64,000 nt of DNA from contig CM068748.1 in the NCBI GenBank assembly GCA_035084275.1, positions 5,704,001 through 5,768,000 of the forward strand. The letters are read 5' to 3'. Source of the DNA: Hydrolagus colliei (lineage: Eukaryota). Position numbers and translations under genes: made by a program. Below the pieces are notes generated by a model. That model worked only from the letters and a program-made list of their open reading frames with translations. It was not told where the DNA came from and ran no database searches. Shown here piece after piece: positions 1-11,852 of this stretch. Every line of letters starts with the position of its first letter. Position 1 is the stretch's first letter.

Positions 1-1855
1 ATGGTGTAAACCTCTTTTTCAGCTTTAATCTCTCTTAAAAGCTGTGTAGATCTACATTTCCAACTGAGCTACAGTAGCTATGTGATGTAAGATAATCACA
101 GAAGAGAAGTTTCAAGCTGAGCTTTTGAATTACTTCTCAGTATGAATCAGGGCGGCTTTAACCCCCATTCAAAAAGTGGCGATTGTCTTTTCTCAAGCCT
201 TTCAACTTGCTTAAAAGCGTGTTTAGGGCTAAAACGTTTCTAGCTAGTAGTGTATACATAAACAGCACTGAAAGAAAGTGTTTTAAGGTAGATCAGTAGG
301 CTTTAATTCATTTTGTATTTACTGAGGCAGTTTTCCTTACAGATTCTGAATAAGATTCACAGCCTAAAAATGTTCTGCTTCCTGCTGGGTTTCTGCACAT
401 TGGTTCAGTTGAACTGTTCTCGCTATTTTTTTAAAACCTTTTCTTTAAAACTTCAGTATGTGTTTAAAGGACCACTAAAGTCGAGGATATGGGTCTGAAA
501 AATGCCCTGCAGTGGGATAGTTTGCTCTCTCACCTGCGGTCTTGCTGTGTTCTCGTTTAATTCTGGTTGCGGTGCTGGACACTTGTGCGCTTGGATGTGT
601 CAACCATTGAAACTTCCTGAAATTGTCCTGTGTATTCAGGTCTGAGTAGCCAGATTTCTAAAAGTGACAGTACTCTTCTGTTTGCCTTTTGAAATGTTCT
701 CTGGCCTAGTTCAACTGCAACATTTTTACATTACAACTGTGAAATCTTGGCATAAAGCAGCCCTTTGTTCCTGCCATTATTGTCTCACAAATATAGTCCA
801 TTGTCACATAGCTGAAGTTAATTTGATCAACATTGGGACATTTAACTTTTATGTCTAGTCAAAAGAGCTGTTTCATGCTCATTTTGCGTATTCTAAAGAA
901 ATGATTGCCAGAAAAACAATGTTACTATTAACAATTCAAAGCAATTAGTTTCCCAGGGAGAGGCTATGTGATGCACAGGCTACACACAACAATTCTTTGT
1001 CATTTTATAGATGCTCATCAGTCAACTGTCACCACATTTCAAAGACCCTCCAATCTAAATGTTTCCCTTTTGGCTTTTCCCAGAATGAGTAGCTGAATGA
1101 GGAAAGAAAAGCGGCTCAGTTTCTAGGCAAAGACACAGGCGGCCTTAAGGATCCTGCTTTCACCAGAGCATTTTGGGGGGACGATGATGTACATTTGATA
1201 GATTTTGGTTTCTCTCCCACTTAATTTTTGATTCTATGGTTGAAGAAAAATATTCTTCTTCCCTCCCTCCAACCCCCCCCGCACCCCACCCCCACCCCCA
1301 CCCCCCCGCCAAAAAAAAACAAATGGAATATCATACTATATTTTACTCAGGATCCAAAGACTGCAATGAACGAGAGAGAATTCTGAATCTCTAGATATCA
1401 CTGCAGCATGGTTGACTTCTCTATATGCAGAGGACACACAATAGGAATCCGTGGTCGATGGAAAATATCTGTCTGAATGAGGCTGACAAGAGCAACAGGC
1501 ACGAGTGAGTTATGAGGTCCGTGTCAGGAGTGGGTGTATTTCCACACTGTACCACACACGGTGGTGGTTGGGGGGTGGGTCGGGGGGTGGGGGGCTGGAC
1601 AAACAGGGGCAAGTCAACATGGGGGTGATCTCTCACACCTCCTAGCAAGTAGCTGCAAAATCTTATTGGAATAGAGCTGAGCCCAAGTGGTGTGCCTATC
1701 TATTGTGTCTGCAAGTCATGCACAGACTGTTGGAATGTCAGGAAGTGCAATGCTTTCACTCTGAGATTTGGTCAATCAGAATCTTGCATTGAAATCATTG
1801 TGAGCAAAATGAATTTGAACCTTGGAAGAATTAAACTCGGAAGCACCATCAAGTA

Positions 1856-2771
1856 CAGTAGAAGCCCGTTTATCTGTGACTCGATGCACCGGCGCTTCCA
1901 TATAACCGGCATGCCAAAAAAAAGTCCCCATTCGATAAACCAGAACTTATCCAATAATAAAATTGCTCATTTCAATCCATGACAGTTTGTGGGACACTGC
2001 TGTGCGCAATTGGCTGCCGCGATTCGCCCAGTCAATTCACTTTACAGTATATTCTGTGAAGTGCTTTGGGACGTCAATAAGATGTGAAAAGCGCGATATC
2101 AAATGCAAGGATTATTATTATTATTATCCAGAACAATAGAAGTGGAGCATTTGTAAATGCATAAATAATAACACAACAACAGAATACTACATTGGCACTC
2201 ACCGTCAAAACTACTCTCCTGTGCCTCCCACCCCCACTGGTTGCTGTGCTTGAAGTTGTGACACTGCAGTTGAGGTTTACAGTACAGCGACTCCCCCCAA
2301 AATGGAGCACGCCAAGCGGGTGAAAAAAATGGAGCGCGTATGACTTTAAAGTTATACTAGCGGCAAGCCGATAACACTGGCCGATAACCCACATTGTCGC
2401 GCTGGTGCAGTATTTTGGTTTGCTGCTAGTAGAGTCTAGAGCTTCGGCTTGCAGCTAGTAAAGTCGCGCGACTTTAAAATCTCGTTGCTGCCTTTTTCAC
2501 CCGCCTGCGCCCCCCATTCAAAAAAGAATTGCTGGACTGCAAATCCCAACCAGCGAAGGTGAGAAGTGCAAGAGAGCAGCCCCAACAACAAGCACCAACA
2601 CGACATTCTGTCACTATCTGCCATTACTTAGTCTGGTGTGTATGGTGTGTATTAAAAGAACTTTAATTTTTTTGTAGTGGGTTTTCAGCCGTGGGCCACC
2701 CAAATATCCGTCAGGCACTTTAACCGGCAATGGCCAGGTCTCACGGATGCTGGATAAACGGGCTTCTACTG
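1856..2771. mobile_element. Non-autonomous Tc1/mariner (pogo/Tigger-like) DNA transposon (MITE)
   Basis: Perfect 19-bp terminal inverted repeats CAGTAGAAGCCCGTTTATC (1856-1874 and 2753-2771), flanked by TA on both sides (1854-1855, 2772-2773); no transposase ORF. Confidence 0.85.
1954..2123 (+). mobile_element. 5'-truncated SINE 3' portion inserted in the MITE
   Basis: SINE 3' sequence (gggacactgctgtgcgcaattggc...gtgaaaagcgcgatatcaaatgcaagg(att)n); TTATCCA is duplicated at 1947-1953 and 2124-2130. Confidence 0.8.
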
Positions 2772-2834
2772 TAGTATGTAGGATGCATTGGTATGTTTGA
2801 ATGATGGGCATAGCATACTGTGAAATTGTACCCA

Positions 2835-3043
2835 ATAAGAATAAGAATAATTCTTGCATTTGATACGACACTTTTCACATTTTCGAGACGTTTCAAAGCT
2901 CTTCATAGAATACGCGGCAGCTAATTGTGCACAGCAATGTCCCATAAAAAATTATGGATTGAAATGATTATTATTGGGGGGGGTTTTCTTAAGGGATTAT
3001 TATCAGGCATGTGGAGTAAGGAAACTTGTGCAAGGTTTTGCCC
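2835..3043 (-). mobile_element. SINE fragment (tail and body, no tRNA head)
   Basis: Homologous to the full copy at 17510-17830. Confidence 0.75.
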
Positions 3044-3247
3044 TTAAAAGGATTAGAAGTAAATGTGAGTCAAGTATCTAAGGACAATGCACTTGTTGGT
3101 GAGCTTTGTGACTTTGCAACTCATTTGTGGTATTTGAATTGTTGATAAATGCAATGCTTTTAAATAAAAATATGTTTAAGTATTGATGCAAAAAATGCAG
3201 AAATATAGCATTTTCTGTCGGTGTCTGCCGCTGACATGGTCACCTTT

Positions 3248-3310
3248 GAAGCGCTCTGAGACACCCTCTGGCGTGGAGGGCGCTATACAGATCAAAGTTG
3301 TTATTGTTGG
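3248..3310 (+). mobile_element. LINE/SINE 3' tail fragment with (GTT)n end
   Basis: gcgctctgagac...gcgtggagggcgctata...aaagttgttattgttg; same family as the insert at 34012-34064. Confidence 0.55.
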
Positions 3311-5258
3311 TAATTATGCTCAATGTAATTTGTCGTTCTTGCTCTCAAAGGTAAGGAACCATAGGAGTGCGGTGTTGAGCGCTTCCCAATTTAGGTACCT
3401 ACCTAAATAGCTGCATAAAGAAAGCTCCAACCAGTTTGCTCCAACGTTTTGCATTATTTCCAACCTCAGAAAAGAATTCCCTGTGATGACACTTCATTTT
3501 GTCACATGAGTTAGCCTTGTGGCATTTCTGATATGACAAAATTGTGGGATGGTTTACTGCTTGGGGCCCCAATACTAATAACGAATTGCATTAAGATTGC
3601 CCAAGCTCATTCTTTCAGCCAGCAGAAAGACTTTATCTGGTTGGTAACATGTAATCATTTCCTTTCCCTATCTAGATTTTGTGTGCAAGAATACATTTTC
3701 ATTCACCGTTACAAATTCTTGCTTTATCGCCAGTCTGCTTTTGTATAGAGAGTTTAGGGCCGAATTTCTAAAATGAGATTGATGCTCTCTTTTGCTGGGA
3801 GGGAAAAATGTTTGTCTTGCGTGACCCAAATTGAGTCGTTTGTTCAAAAATAGTTCTCTCTCTTACTGGCTCAATAAACCTCATATTTAAATAAAATGCT
3901 TTTATAAGTCATTATTGCATTCCATGAAAAAGAAAATGTCTCAACAGCCAACGTGAATGTGTAACCCTTTGGAGAAGATTTCCATTTGCCAAGTGCATTG
4001 TTGCAGTTGGCAGTTGCTGGTTGAATATGCAGCGTTCAGCTGCTTGAAAAGTTCCATGAGTTGCAGCTATCGACAATTAAATATTGTCTTCTCGTGCAAG
4101 TAAACATCATTCCCGATTGGCCAGGAGTGACGTGATTTTATTCTGTTTTATTTAATTGAAAACCTCTTTAAACAGCCTTGGCCCCATTTAGTCCCAACGG
4201 CTAGTTTACAAAGAAGACCTGGCAGCAAGACAGACAACATTCAAATGGCACAAGAAATGCATTATCTGTGATTGGATTTCTAGTCATTTAAAAGAAAACG
4301 ATGGACCGCTTCATTAAAAGACCGAACTGAAGGGAGACGTTATATTTTAAAGGGAACAGAATTTCATAGCCGAGCGGCTTGAAATGCAAAGTTACAACTG
4401 CCACAGTTGTTTTGAGAATCATATGAGAACTGCAATCTGATGATTTATAGTGGAATTTAAAAGATTCATGTTATAGTAATCTGTCTGGAAGTTGTTCACT
4501 GGAGAACACGTTTTCTATGTTAAGTTTGCATTGCCAAGAAAAAATTGTGATTGCATTCCTTTTTTTTAGAGAATTATCTTCTAAAAAAAAATCTTACATT
4601 TTTTTTTAAAAAGCATACATAGAAGAAAAATAATCACCTATGCTTTTTATTTATCTTGTAGGGTGGCCCTAGTTGCAGTATAGGCGTTCTGTTTTCCTAT
4701 AATCCATGCATGGCTGAAATCCTGAGATGTTGTACATCATACTGTATGAAAAATGATGAATATGATGGAAAGCGCAGAAGAGATAACATATACATTATCT
4801 GACTAATGATTAAATAATTGTTGCAATTTATCACACAAACCAACAAACGTTGTACCCTGACTGCATTGATAACTAGGATTTGCTTGCTGGCGAAGCAGTA
4901 GAAATGTCTGAATTTTTTTTACTCCGAAGCCTAGGTTTAAGTGTGAACATGCCAGGTCACATTTTTTCTAGTTTCTGAGTGAGGCAATATTGAATATACT
5001 CAAAAAAAATGTTTTCAGGAAGGACAGAAAAGATTGTGGAAAAGAAGCAGAAACATATGGAAATGTTTCCCTGTCTAACCCCAAGATTGGGGTTATTTCC
5101 CATGCTACACTGAATTTGGAATTCAAGAGAAAAAGAAAGTGTTGGATATAGTATTTGTAACTCATTCATTACCCTTTAAGATGACAGTCTTAAACAAAAA
5201 GTTAGACATAGTATTTGTCCAGATGGACTTTGTACAGGGTTTTGAACATATTTATGCC

Positions 5259-6158
5259 ATAATAATAATAATCCTTGCAATTGATGTAGCGCCTTATCAC
5301 ATCTTTGTGATGTGTACTATCCCGCACCCGCCTCCGCGACCACATAACCCCCACCCTCGCCCGTCTCCACTGGCTCCCCATCCTCCAGAGGATCGAGTTC
5401 AAGATCCTCGTCCTCACCTACAAGGCCTTACACGGCCTTGCCCCGCCCTATTTAACCGATTTACTCTCCCCCTATAAGCCCACCCGGACCCTCCGTTCAG
5501 CTGGACTTGGCCTGCTCCAAGCCCCCCGCCCGAACCGCCCCACCATCGGAGGCCTGGCCTTCAGTTTCTCCGCTCCCACCCTGTGGAATTCCATCCCTCA
5601 ATCCCTCCGCCTTGTTTCCTCCCTTTCCTCTTTCAAGGCCGGTTTGAAGACTTTCATCTTCGACCGTGCCTTTTGTTCCCCCCCGAATTTTTCGACCTCC
5701 CCAACGTGTTTCACCCCTTCCCGAACACTCGCCTCCCAGCTCGGGTCACACGCCTCCTGTGCAGCACCTTGGGACGTCCTCCCGACGTGAAAGGTGCTTT
5801 ATAAGTTTAAGTTGTTGTTGTTGTCTCAAAGCTCTTCACAGAATTCACTGTAAAATGAAGTGAATATTTTGTGGGTGAAATGTGGCAGCCAATTGCACTC
5901 AGTGGTGTTCCAAATTATAACCAAATTATAAAAAAATTCCGTTTGTGTACTTTCGGAATGGATTATTGCTTCCGGAAAAGCGATCCGCCAAGCGACTTAG
6001 CGACCGTGTTCCTACTCACTGCTAGATAACAGAGGCGTGTGGAGTAAGAAAGCTTGCCTAACATCTTGCCCTGCCTGGCAATCAAACCCATTGATTGCTA
6101 TTGATTGCCAGGTCCTCTCGCTTGCGAGTCGCGTACTCCAACCACTGAAGTACAGGAC
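5259..6158 (-). mobile_element. tRNA-headed SINE (long variant) interrupted by an L2 fragment
   Basis: Tail at 5259-5313; the body resumes at about 5825 (ctcaaagctcttcacag); tRNA-like head at about 6090-6158. Confidence 0.8.
5314..5822 (+). mobile_element. L2-clade LINE, 5'-truncated 3' end (young)
   Basis: Open frame VLSRTRLRDHITPTLARLHWLPILQRIEFKILVLTYKALHGLAPPYLTDLLSPY...APTLWNSIPQSLR...FKAGLKTF is the typical L2 ORF2 C-terminus. It has a 3' hairpin and (GTT)n tail, and many CpGs are retained. Confidence 0.9.
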
Positions 6159-6159
6159 A

Positions 6160-6283
6160 TAAAGGGATTAAGGGATAAGACTGGTAGGTGGAGTTAAAAT
6201 AGAAGTTCAGCCATGATCTTATTGAATGTGGTGTCGGCTCGAGAGCCCAAATGGCCTACTCCTGCTCCTAATTATTATGTTCT
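6160..6283 (+). mobile_element. CR1-type LINE 3' end
   Basis: cagccatgatcttattgaatg...ggctcgag...aaatggcctactcctgctccta...tatgttct is the CR1 3' terminus typical of sharks (recognised from memory). Confidence 0.65.
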
Positions 6284-7339
6284 AGGACTCCACACTTCTA
6301 ATTATGCCCCGAATCCCTTGAAAATTCTCTTGAGAGAATGTTCAATCCCAGGGAGATCCCTACTTATTCTATTGAAATGGTGAAGTACAGAGTGAACCCA
6401 GGATTTAACCTGCAGCATTCTAGTTCCAAGTCCAGAGTTACCAGAAACAGGAAAGGAAAATAATCCTGATATCACTCCATTGTTGTCTTTCCTTCCTTTT
6501 TCTTTAAAAGCTCCGATATCCCTTTGCTGCAGAAATGTGCCATACCTTGCCGACTTCTTGACCTATATTTTGATATGCATAAAAATGAACAACCGTGATC
6601 CTCATTCCGTCATAGAATACACCATGTTGTGAAATACATTGGGACATCTCAAAAATATGATAATATATTAATTGGATCAAAAATTGGTTAAGGGGAATAA
6701 CATAATTTGAAAATATAAACAGGAGTAAAACTCAGAAAGCAAAGTATAATTTGATAGAACCTTAGATTAAAGATTAGACTGTGCTTTTTTTTAAGATACA
6801 TTCTCCTAGTCACACCAATTTCAGTGAAGCCACAAGCTCATTTTCCGTGTACATTTTCTGTATTCCCATTAACATAATATGGGTTATTTTGATTAGATTT
6901 ATAAATGTTTGCAAAAATGAAGCATATGAATGCTTTTGTCTGCTTTTTTGATGCACTAGAAAAGATGACAAACTGATTCCAATGAATATATTTTACTTCC
7001 ACCTATGTTTGGATGAACCCAATGATTTATGGTATGAAAGCACAGTAAAACTGTACTGGGCTCGGTGCATGGTGGATTTATATCCGAACTAATAATTGAA
7101 GTCATGGCTTGTTAATATAGTGGTACAAAACCACTGGCATCAAACACTGTTTTAGTCTAATTTCATATGGCAAATACGAACAGAAGTCTAGGGTTAATAG
7201 TTTGATGTTCAATCATAGCTTGTAAGATTCAAGGTGAAAAGTTGAAAATGCTGTAGTGAATCCTGGCTTTGCTTGAGCACCAGGGATAATAATCTTGCAA
7301 CAGCTAAGGTTTTCATGGTGTTGCAATTACACAATAACA

Positions 7340-8300
7340 GGATAGTTCTGATTGAAGAAGCCCTTTCAGCTCATTTGATCTAATCCTTACAAGTATACCA
7401 ACTAGCACGTAGCTTTATCTTAAATGAATCCAGTTATCTGGTCTCAGCTATGTGGTAACCTCTTCCAGCTATTGACTGCATCAACAGGGAAGGAAATCTT
7501 TTTCATGTCTATCCTAAATGTGCCCTTCACACCCCTGAATCTGTGCTGTCTTGTTTTATCAGATTTTCTAAATCCAGTTAAGTATTTTACAAATGGTTGT
7601 TTATATAGCAGTAAGTTTGAATCTGATTATTAGTCAATTTATTGGGGTGATACTCCCTTTTAAAAAAAAATAATTTAGTTACTCAATCCAGGACTGGTTA
7701 TAGGACGCTGCTGTGCGCAATTGGCTGCTGCATTTCACCAACAAAACATAGAGTCAATTTACTTTGCAATATGTTCTGTGAAGTGCTTTGAGACATCCCA
7801 ACAAAGTGAGAGGGCGCTATATCAAACACAAGCATCATTTATTATTATATAGTATGTTGCAGTTTTTTCTATAATTATATGAATTGGTCTTTTGTCAGCC
7901 TAGGTTCATGCACTTTCAATCTGTGAAACCTTAGCTGCTGTTCCTGATTCTACAGTTCCCCTGCATTGAGGTTTCCGGGGAATTAAACTACCTTGCATTG
8001 AGTCTGGAGTCATTACAGGAGAGGTAAACATTAGACCACCGAATCACTCCAGTTAATATCTTCTGATCTAGTTCTATTCATTCTAAGATTTTGCTGCTTT
8101 CCCTTTGGCTAGTTACCAACCCATATTCATGTCTTACCTTGATTGCCCTTCACATCAGTGTGTAAAGGAATTTCTCATGTGGTACTTTATCAAAGATCTT
8201 TTACAAGCTTACTTACACTCCATCACGGTTTCCTAATGACATTTCTAGATATCACCCATTGATACTGTGGCCACTTGCAGCCAATTGCATCAGCCCATTT
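7340..8300 (-). mobile_element. Degenerate CR1-like LINE fragment(s)
   Basis: Weak antisense resemblance to the CR1 ORF2 end and 3'UTR; interrupted by a SINE fragment; boundaries approximate. Confidence 0.35.
7690..7848 (+). mobile_element. SINE 3' fragment
   Basis: ggacgctgctgtgcgcaattggctgc...gagggcgctatatcaaacacaag and an A/T tail. Confidence 0.75.
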
Positions 8301-11300
8301 AGGATTAACAAACTCATTTTTGTTCATCAAACTTGGCCCTTCCTGGTCTCTATAGCTTAGTTCTATTCCATTTGCTGAGCATTGGGCATCCATCCTGGAT
8401 TTCTTCTATACTCTCAGCTCATGGGAGTAAATGCCAAAAAGATCTTTCAGCTTTTCACGGAAAAGGCAAGCAAACACATAATGTTCTTTTGGGCCCATTT
8501 TTGTCTACTTATGTAGTATTTTAGTTAAAGATTTTAAATCTTTAATACTGATTTAATGAAAATGAGGGAGATCATAATGTACTGGTAGAAATCTTCTGAG
8601 GTATAAAAGATTGCTGCAGTTCAACAAAAGATTGCTGTAGTTAAAATGAATCGGAATTTGTATTGAGGTCTGACCCACCAATCTCAAAACACACAAATAA
8701 ATGTGGTAATGTGCTGGATTGTTAAAATTGATGATGCTTCATATTATATAGAGTACTACATCTTGCAATAATCGACTGATAAAAGAACAGGGGTGAGGGG
8801 GTGGGTGGGATATGTGGCAGGTGGTGTGTAGTATCAAACATGAGATGTTTAAGTATTTAGCTAACTTGTCACTGTCCGTTTAATTAGTTTTTACCTTTGT
8901 TGCATGCTGCCTCCAGGGTACTTCATGCCCCCTGCTGGAAACTGTTTAAAAAATATTCTACAAATGGTATTTACTGATATTAAGGCAAACAGTCATCCTA
9001 ATCAGACATTAAAAAACACAAATGTTAATCTCTTTGTCCTGGTGATGTTCATACAGCAGTTGAATTTCCCTTATAATTTCATTAGAAGCACTCAATGGAA
9101 TTGCTCCCACTTCATGCATGTACATTGTATCGCAGCTACCATTGTAAGTTTTTTTTTACAAGATTCATATTCACAATGCTGCAAGGGTTGATAATATCGC
9201 CAACAAATATTAAACATTCCCAAAGCAGTGCTTTGCTCACTAAGTTGTGTGCGCAGAGTTGCTTCTGAAACATTGTTGATGTTGGATGCTCGTAAAGCTT
9301 TTTGATGCTTCCTAAATTTGCTTACGAGTTGCTTTGTATGTGTAGCTGAGGAAACTTCAACTTCAATCTGCCTTCCATCATCCTCCCAGCATTCTGGTGC
9401 ATTTGCTTAGCAAGTGAATGGTATCATTTTTTTTTAATGCTTGAAGAACATAAATGTAAAATACAGCGAGCAGATCTCTTCACACAACACTTTTGGAATG
9501 TATGAGCGAGATTCTCAATCCTGGTTTGACACTTTAACAGGCTCTGAGCAACCTTGAGCGCAGCCTGACTTTTCAAAATGAGGGGTTTAACTGTGTTACA
9601 GCAAAAGAAGACAGGTATTATTGGAACCCTTGTTCCTCCATTAAAGTGATATTACAATCTAGTTATCGTTCTCAGTTTGACAAGTGGTTGGATTAGCTGT
9701 CAGTCAACAATATACTTTATTCATCACATCATAGCAAAGTTGCTGTTTGCTGTAATCACTATTATTTGTGTGTGTAAAATGGTGTTGGTGATGGGGGTGG
9801 GGAGGTTGCAGAAATCTGGCCTGTAGTCAATGCACAAAGTTAGAATAACTTCTTAAGTACCAAGCATTACAAGTTCAGCTGCGACATAAAGTAACGTTAA
9901 CCGGATCAGCTATCTGCTTAAAACTTTCACATCGAGGTTTGATCAAAATATTTTGTGATTTCTACCAAAACATAGATGGAATAAAATGACTGTTATTGCT
10001 TTTGCTCCCAAGGCTGAATAATGACACTGAAAATGACCAGTGATCGGGATATTGCTATGTCACTAGGTGTTGATTGGCCGAGTGAATGATAAATCTTGTC
10101 AGTGCTGCCTTTTCAGCATTCAGCTTAACTGTCAAAAACTCGCCACTCAGATAACTGACAGAAGAGAAGCTATTTGTGTGACTGTATCTGTCATTCTCTC
10201 CTGTGTCCGGTAACCTTTCTGTGACCTTTATTGCTACTTCGCAGTGCTCCTAGTGACTCCTATTCTAGATTCTGCGCTTTGGGAGGTTACAAAGACTTTT
10301 ATTTCATATGGAAAGTATGTAAATTTGCCTTTTGTTTGAACATTCCAGGTTCGAGTGCTTTATAAAATTTTGTGACAGGTTTGACAAAACCCTCTCTTTT
10401 TAACAGCTTCATATTGCATTTGGAAATCTTTAATGGCAAATAGCACTTTGCCTAAAATCATACACGATAAGAATGGCTGGAAGAATGAAGTGTTCTCATC
10501 AGTGATAAATTATTCGCTGACCCCCAGAACGTCTCTTCCCAGGAAGCCTGAGGAATAGTCACCTCATTCAGTCTGCTTGACGAAGCTTATTTTTTAAATC
10601 TTTTCACTGCTGTCAGCTTGGGATGAATTGGCCAGGAGAAGCATGTTTATAGACTGTGTGAAGAACTTTGTCTTTGTGTGGGAATGTTGGTGACACTGTT
10701 ATGGTTTGCTTGAATGAACTGTGATGACGCGGCTAATAAGGCGTCCTGCTGGGTGTCACGGCAGGCAGTTCTCAGACCTCCCACCTAAACCCATTCAGCT
10801 CCAGCCACTGTGGCTAATTTTCTATCCCCAATTCTCTCCCCACAAAAAGCAAAGTCAACTTTCACAGGGAATGTGAGATAAGTACTTTAGGAAATAATCT
10901 TGTAAACAAAATGTTACCTTCTGACCTGCAGCTGATACCTTGACTTAGAACAATTGAATGATACAGGCTACCGTATTAGGCATGGCAATTAAATGAAAAG
11001 GCAACTGATCCTCCTCACAGAATAGCTGAGAAATGTTATGGCAAATCAGGGTACTGTCGGCCTCTTGTCATTTTACCGCTGTGCTGTCGGACAGGCCTGT
11101 TTTTGTCCTAGTTTTGACTTCTCACAAGCTTGTGGTAAGACCAGTATTGAAATGAGAGGAAACCATAAGGCTGTAAACTCTTCCATTATCCCAGCAGCAA
11201 GGGCTCTGGCTTTTGATAGATGGTCCTGGAGAATTCTTTCTAAATGATGTAGAGTTCATTATTTATTTTGCATAATAGAGATGCCAGGCCTGACTGTGGA

Positions 11301-11559
11301 CACCTACCTGCCTGAGGGCTCCTTTAAACTTTTCAGTCTCTCTTAAATTTGCATTCAAATTGGAATTTAACCACAGTAAACTGTTTCGGTTTGACTTTTT
11401 TTTGTTCTTATTAAAGCAAGGAATTTAAACATGGGAAAAGGACTGTGTGTATATTTAACCCACTGTCATGCCCTCTATGCCCACCAGCCATAAAACAGCC
11501 AGATATAAGATAAATGTTTTTAAAAAATCTTCAAAGAAGGTCTTTTTCTGGACTATTGC

Positions 11560-11852
11560 AGTTTGGCTGCCAAGAGCGACGAAGGATTATTTAATCTACT
11601 TTACCAGTGGCAACCCAGTAAACAAAAGAGCATGAGTCCAATCGGCAATGAAGTTCCAGTTGTTCTAAATTTGGGCACTTTGGGGAACAGAGCTGTAGTT
11701 ACAATGGGGTTAAGGCAGCCCAAACAAATTTCACTTAACATTCAGTTGGCAGAAAAGAGACTTTCAATCCCATTATTCTGGCCTGGATTTGTACTCCAGT
11801 CTCAGAAGTGAAAGGGGAGCATATTACAACCCACTGTCCAAACCCAGTTCCT
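11560..11852 (-). mobile_element. Ancient tRNA-headed SINE, LF-SINE-like
   Basis: The reverse complement reads ggaactggg...cagtggg...cctttcacttctgagactggagtacaaatccaggccag...gaaagtc...gtgaaat, resembling the LF-SINE 5' half from memory. Related pieces may lie at about 15895-16050 and 34540-34680. Confidence 0.4.
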
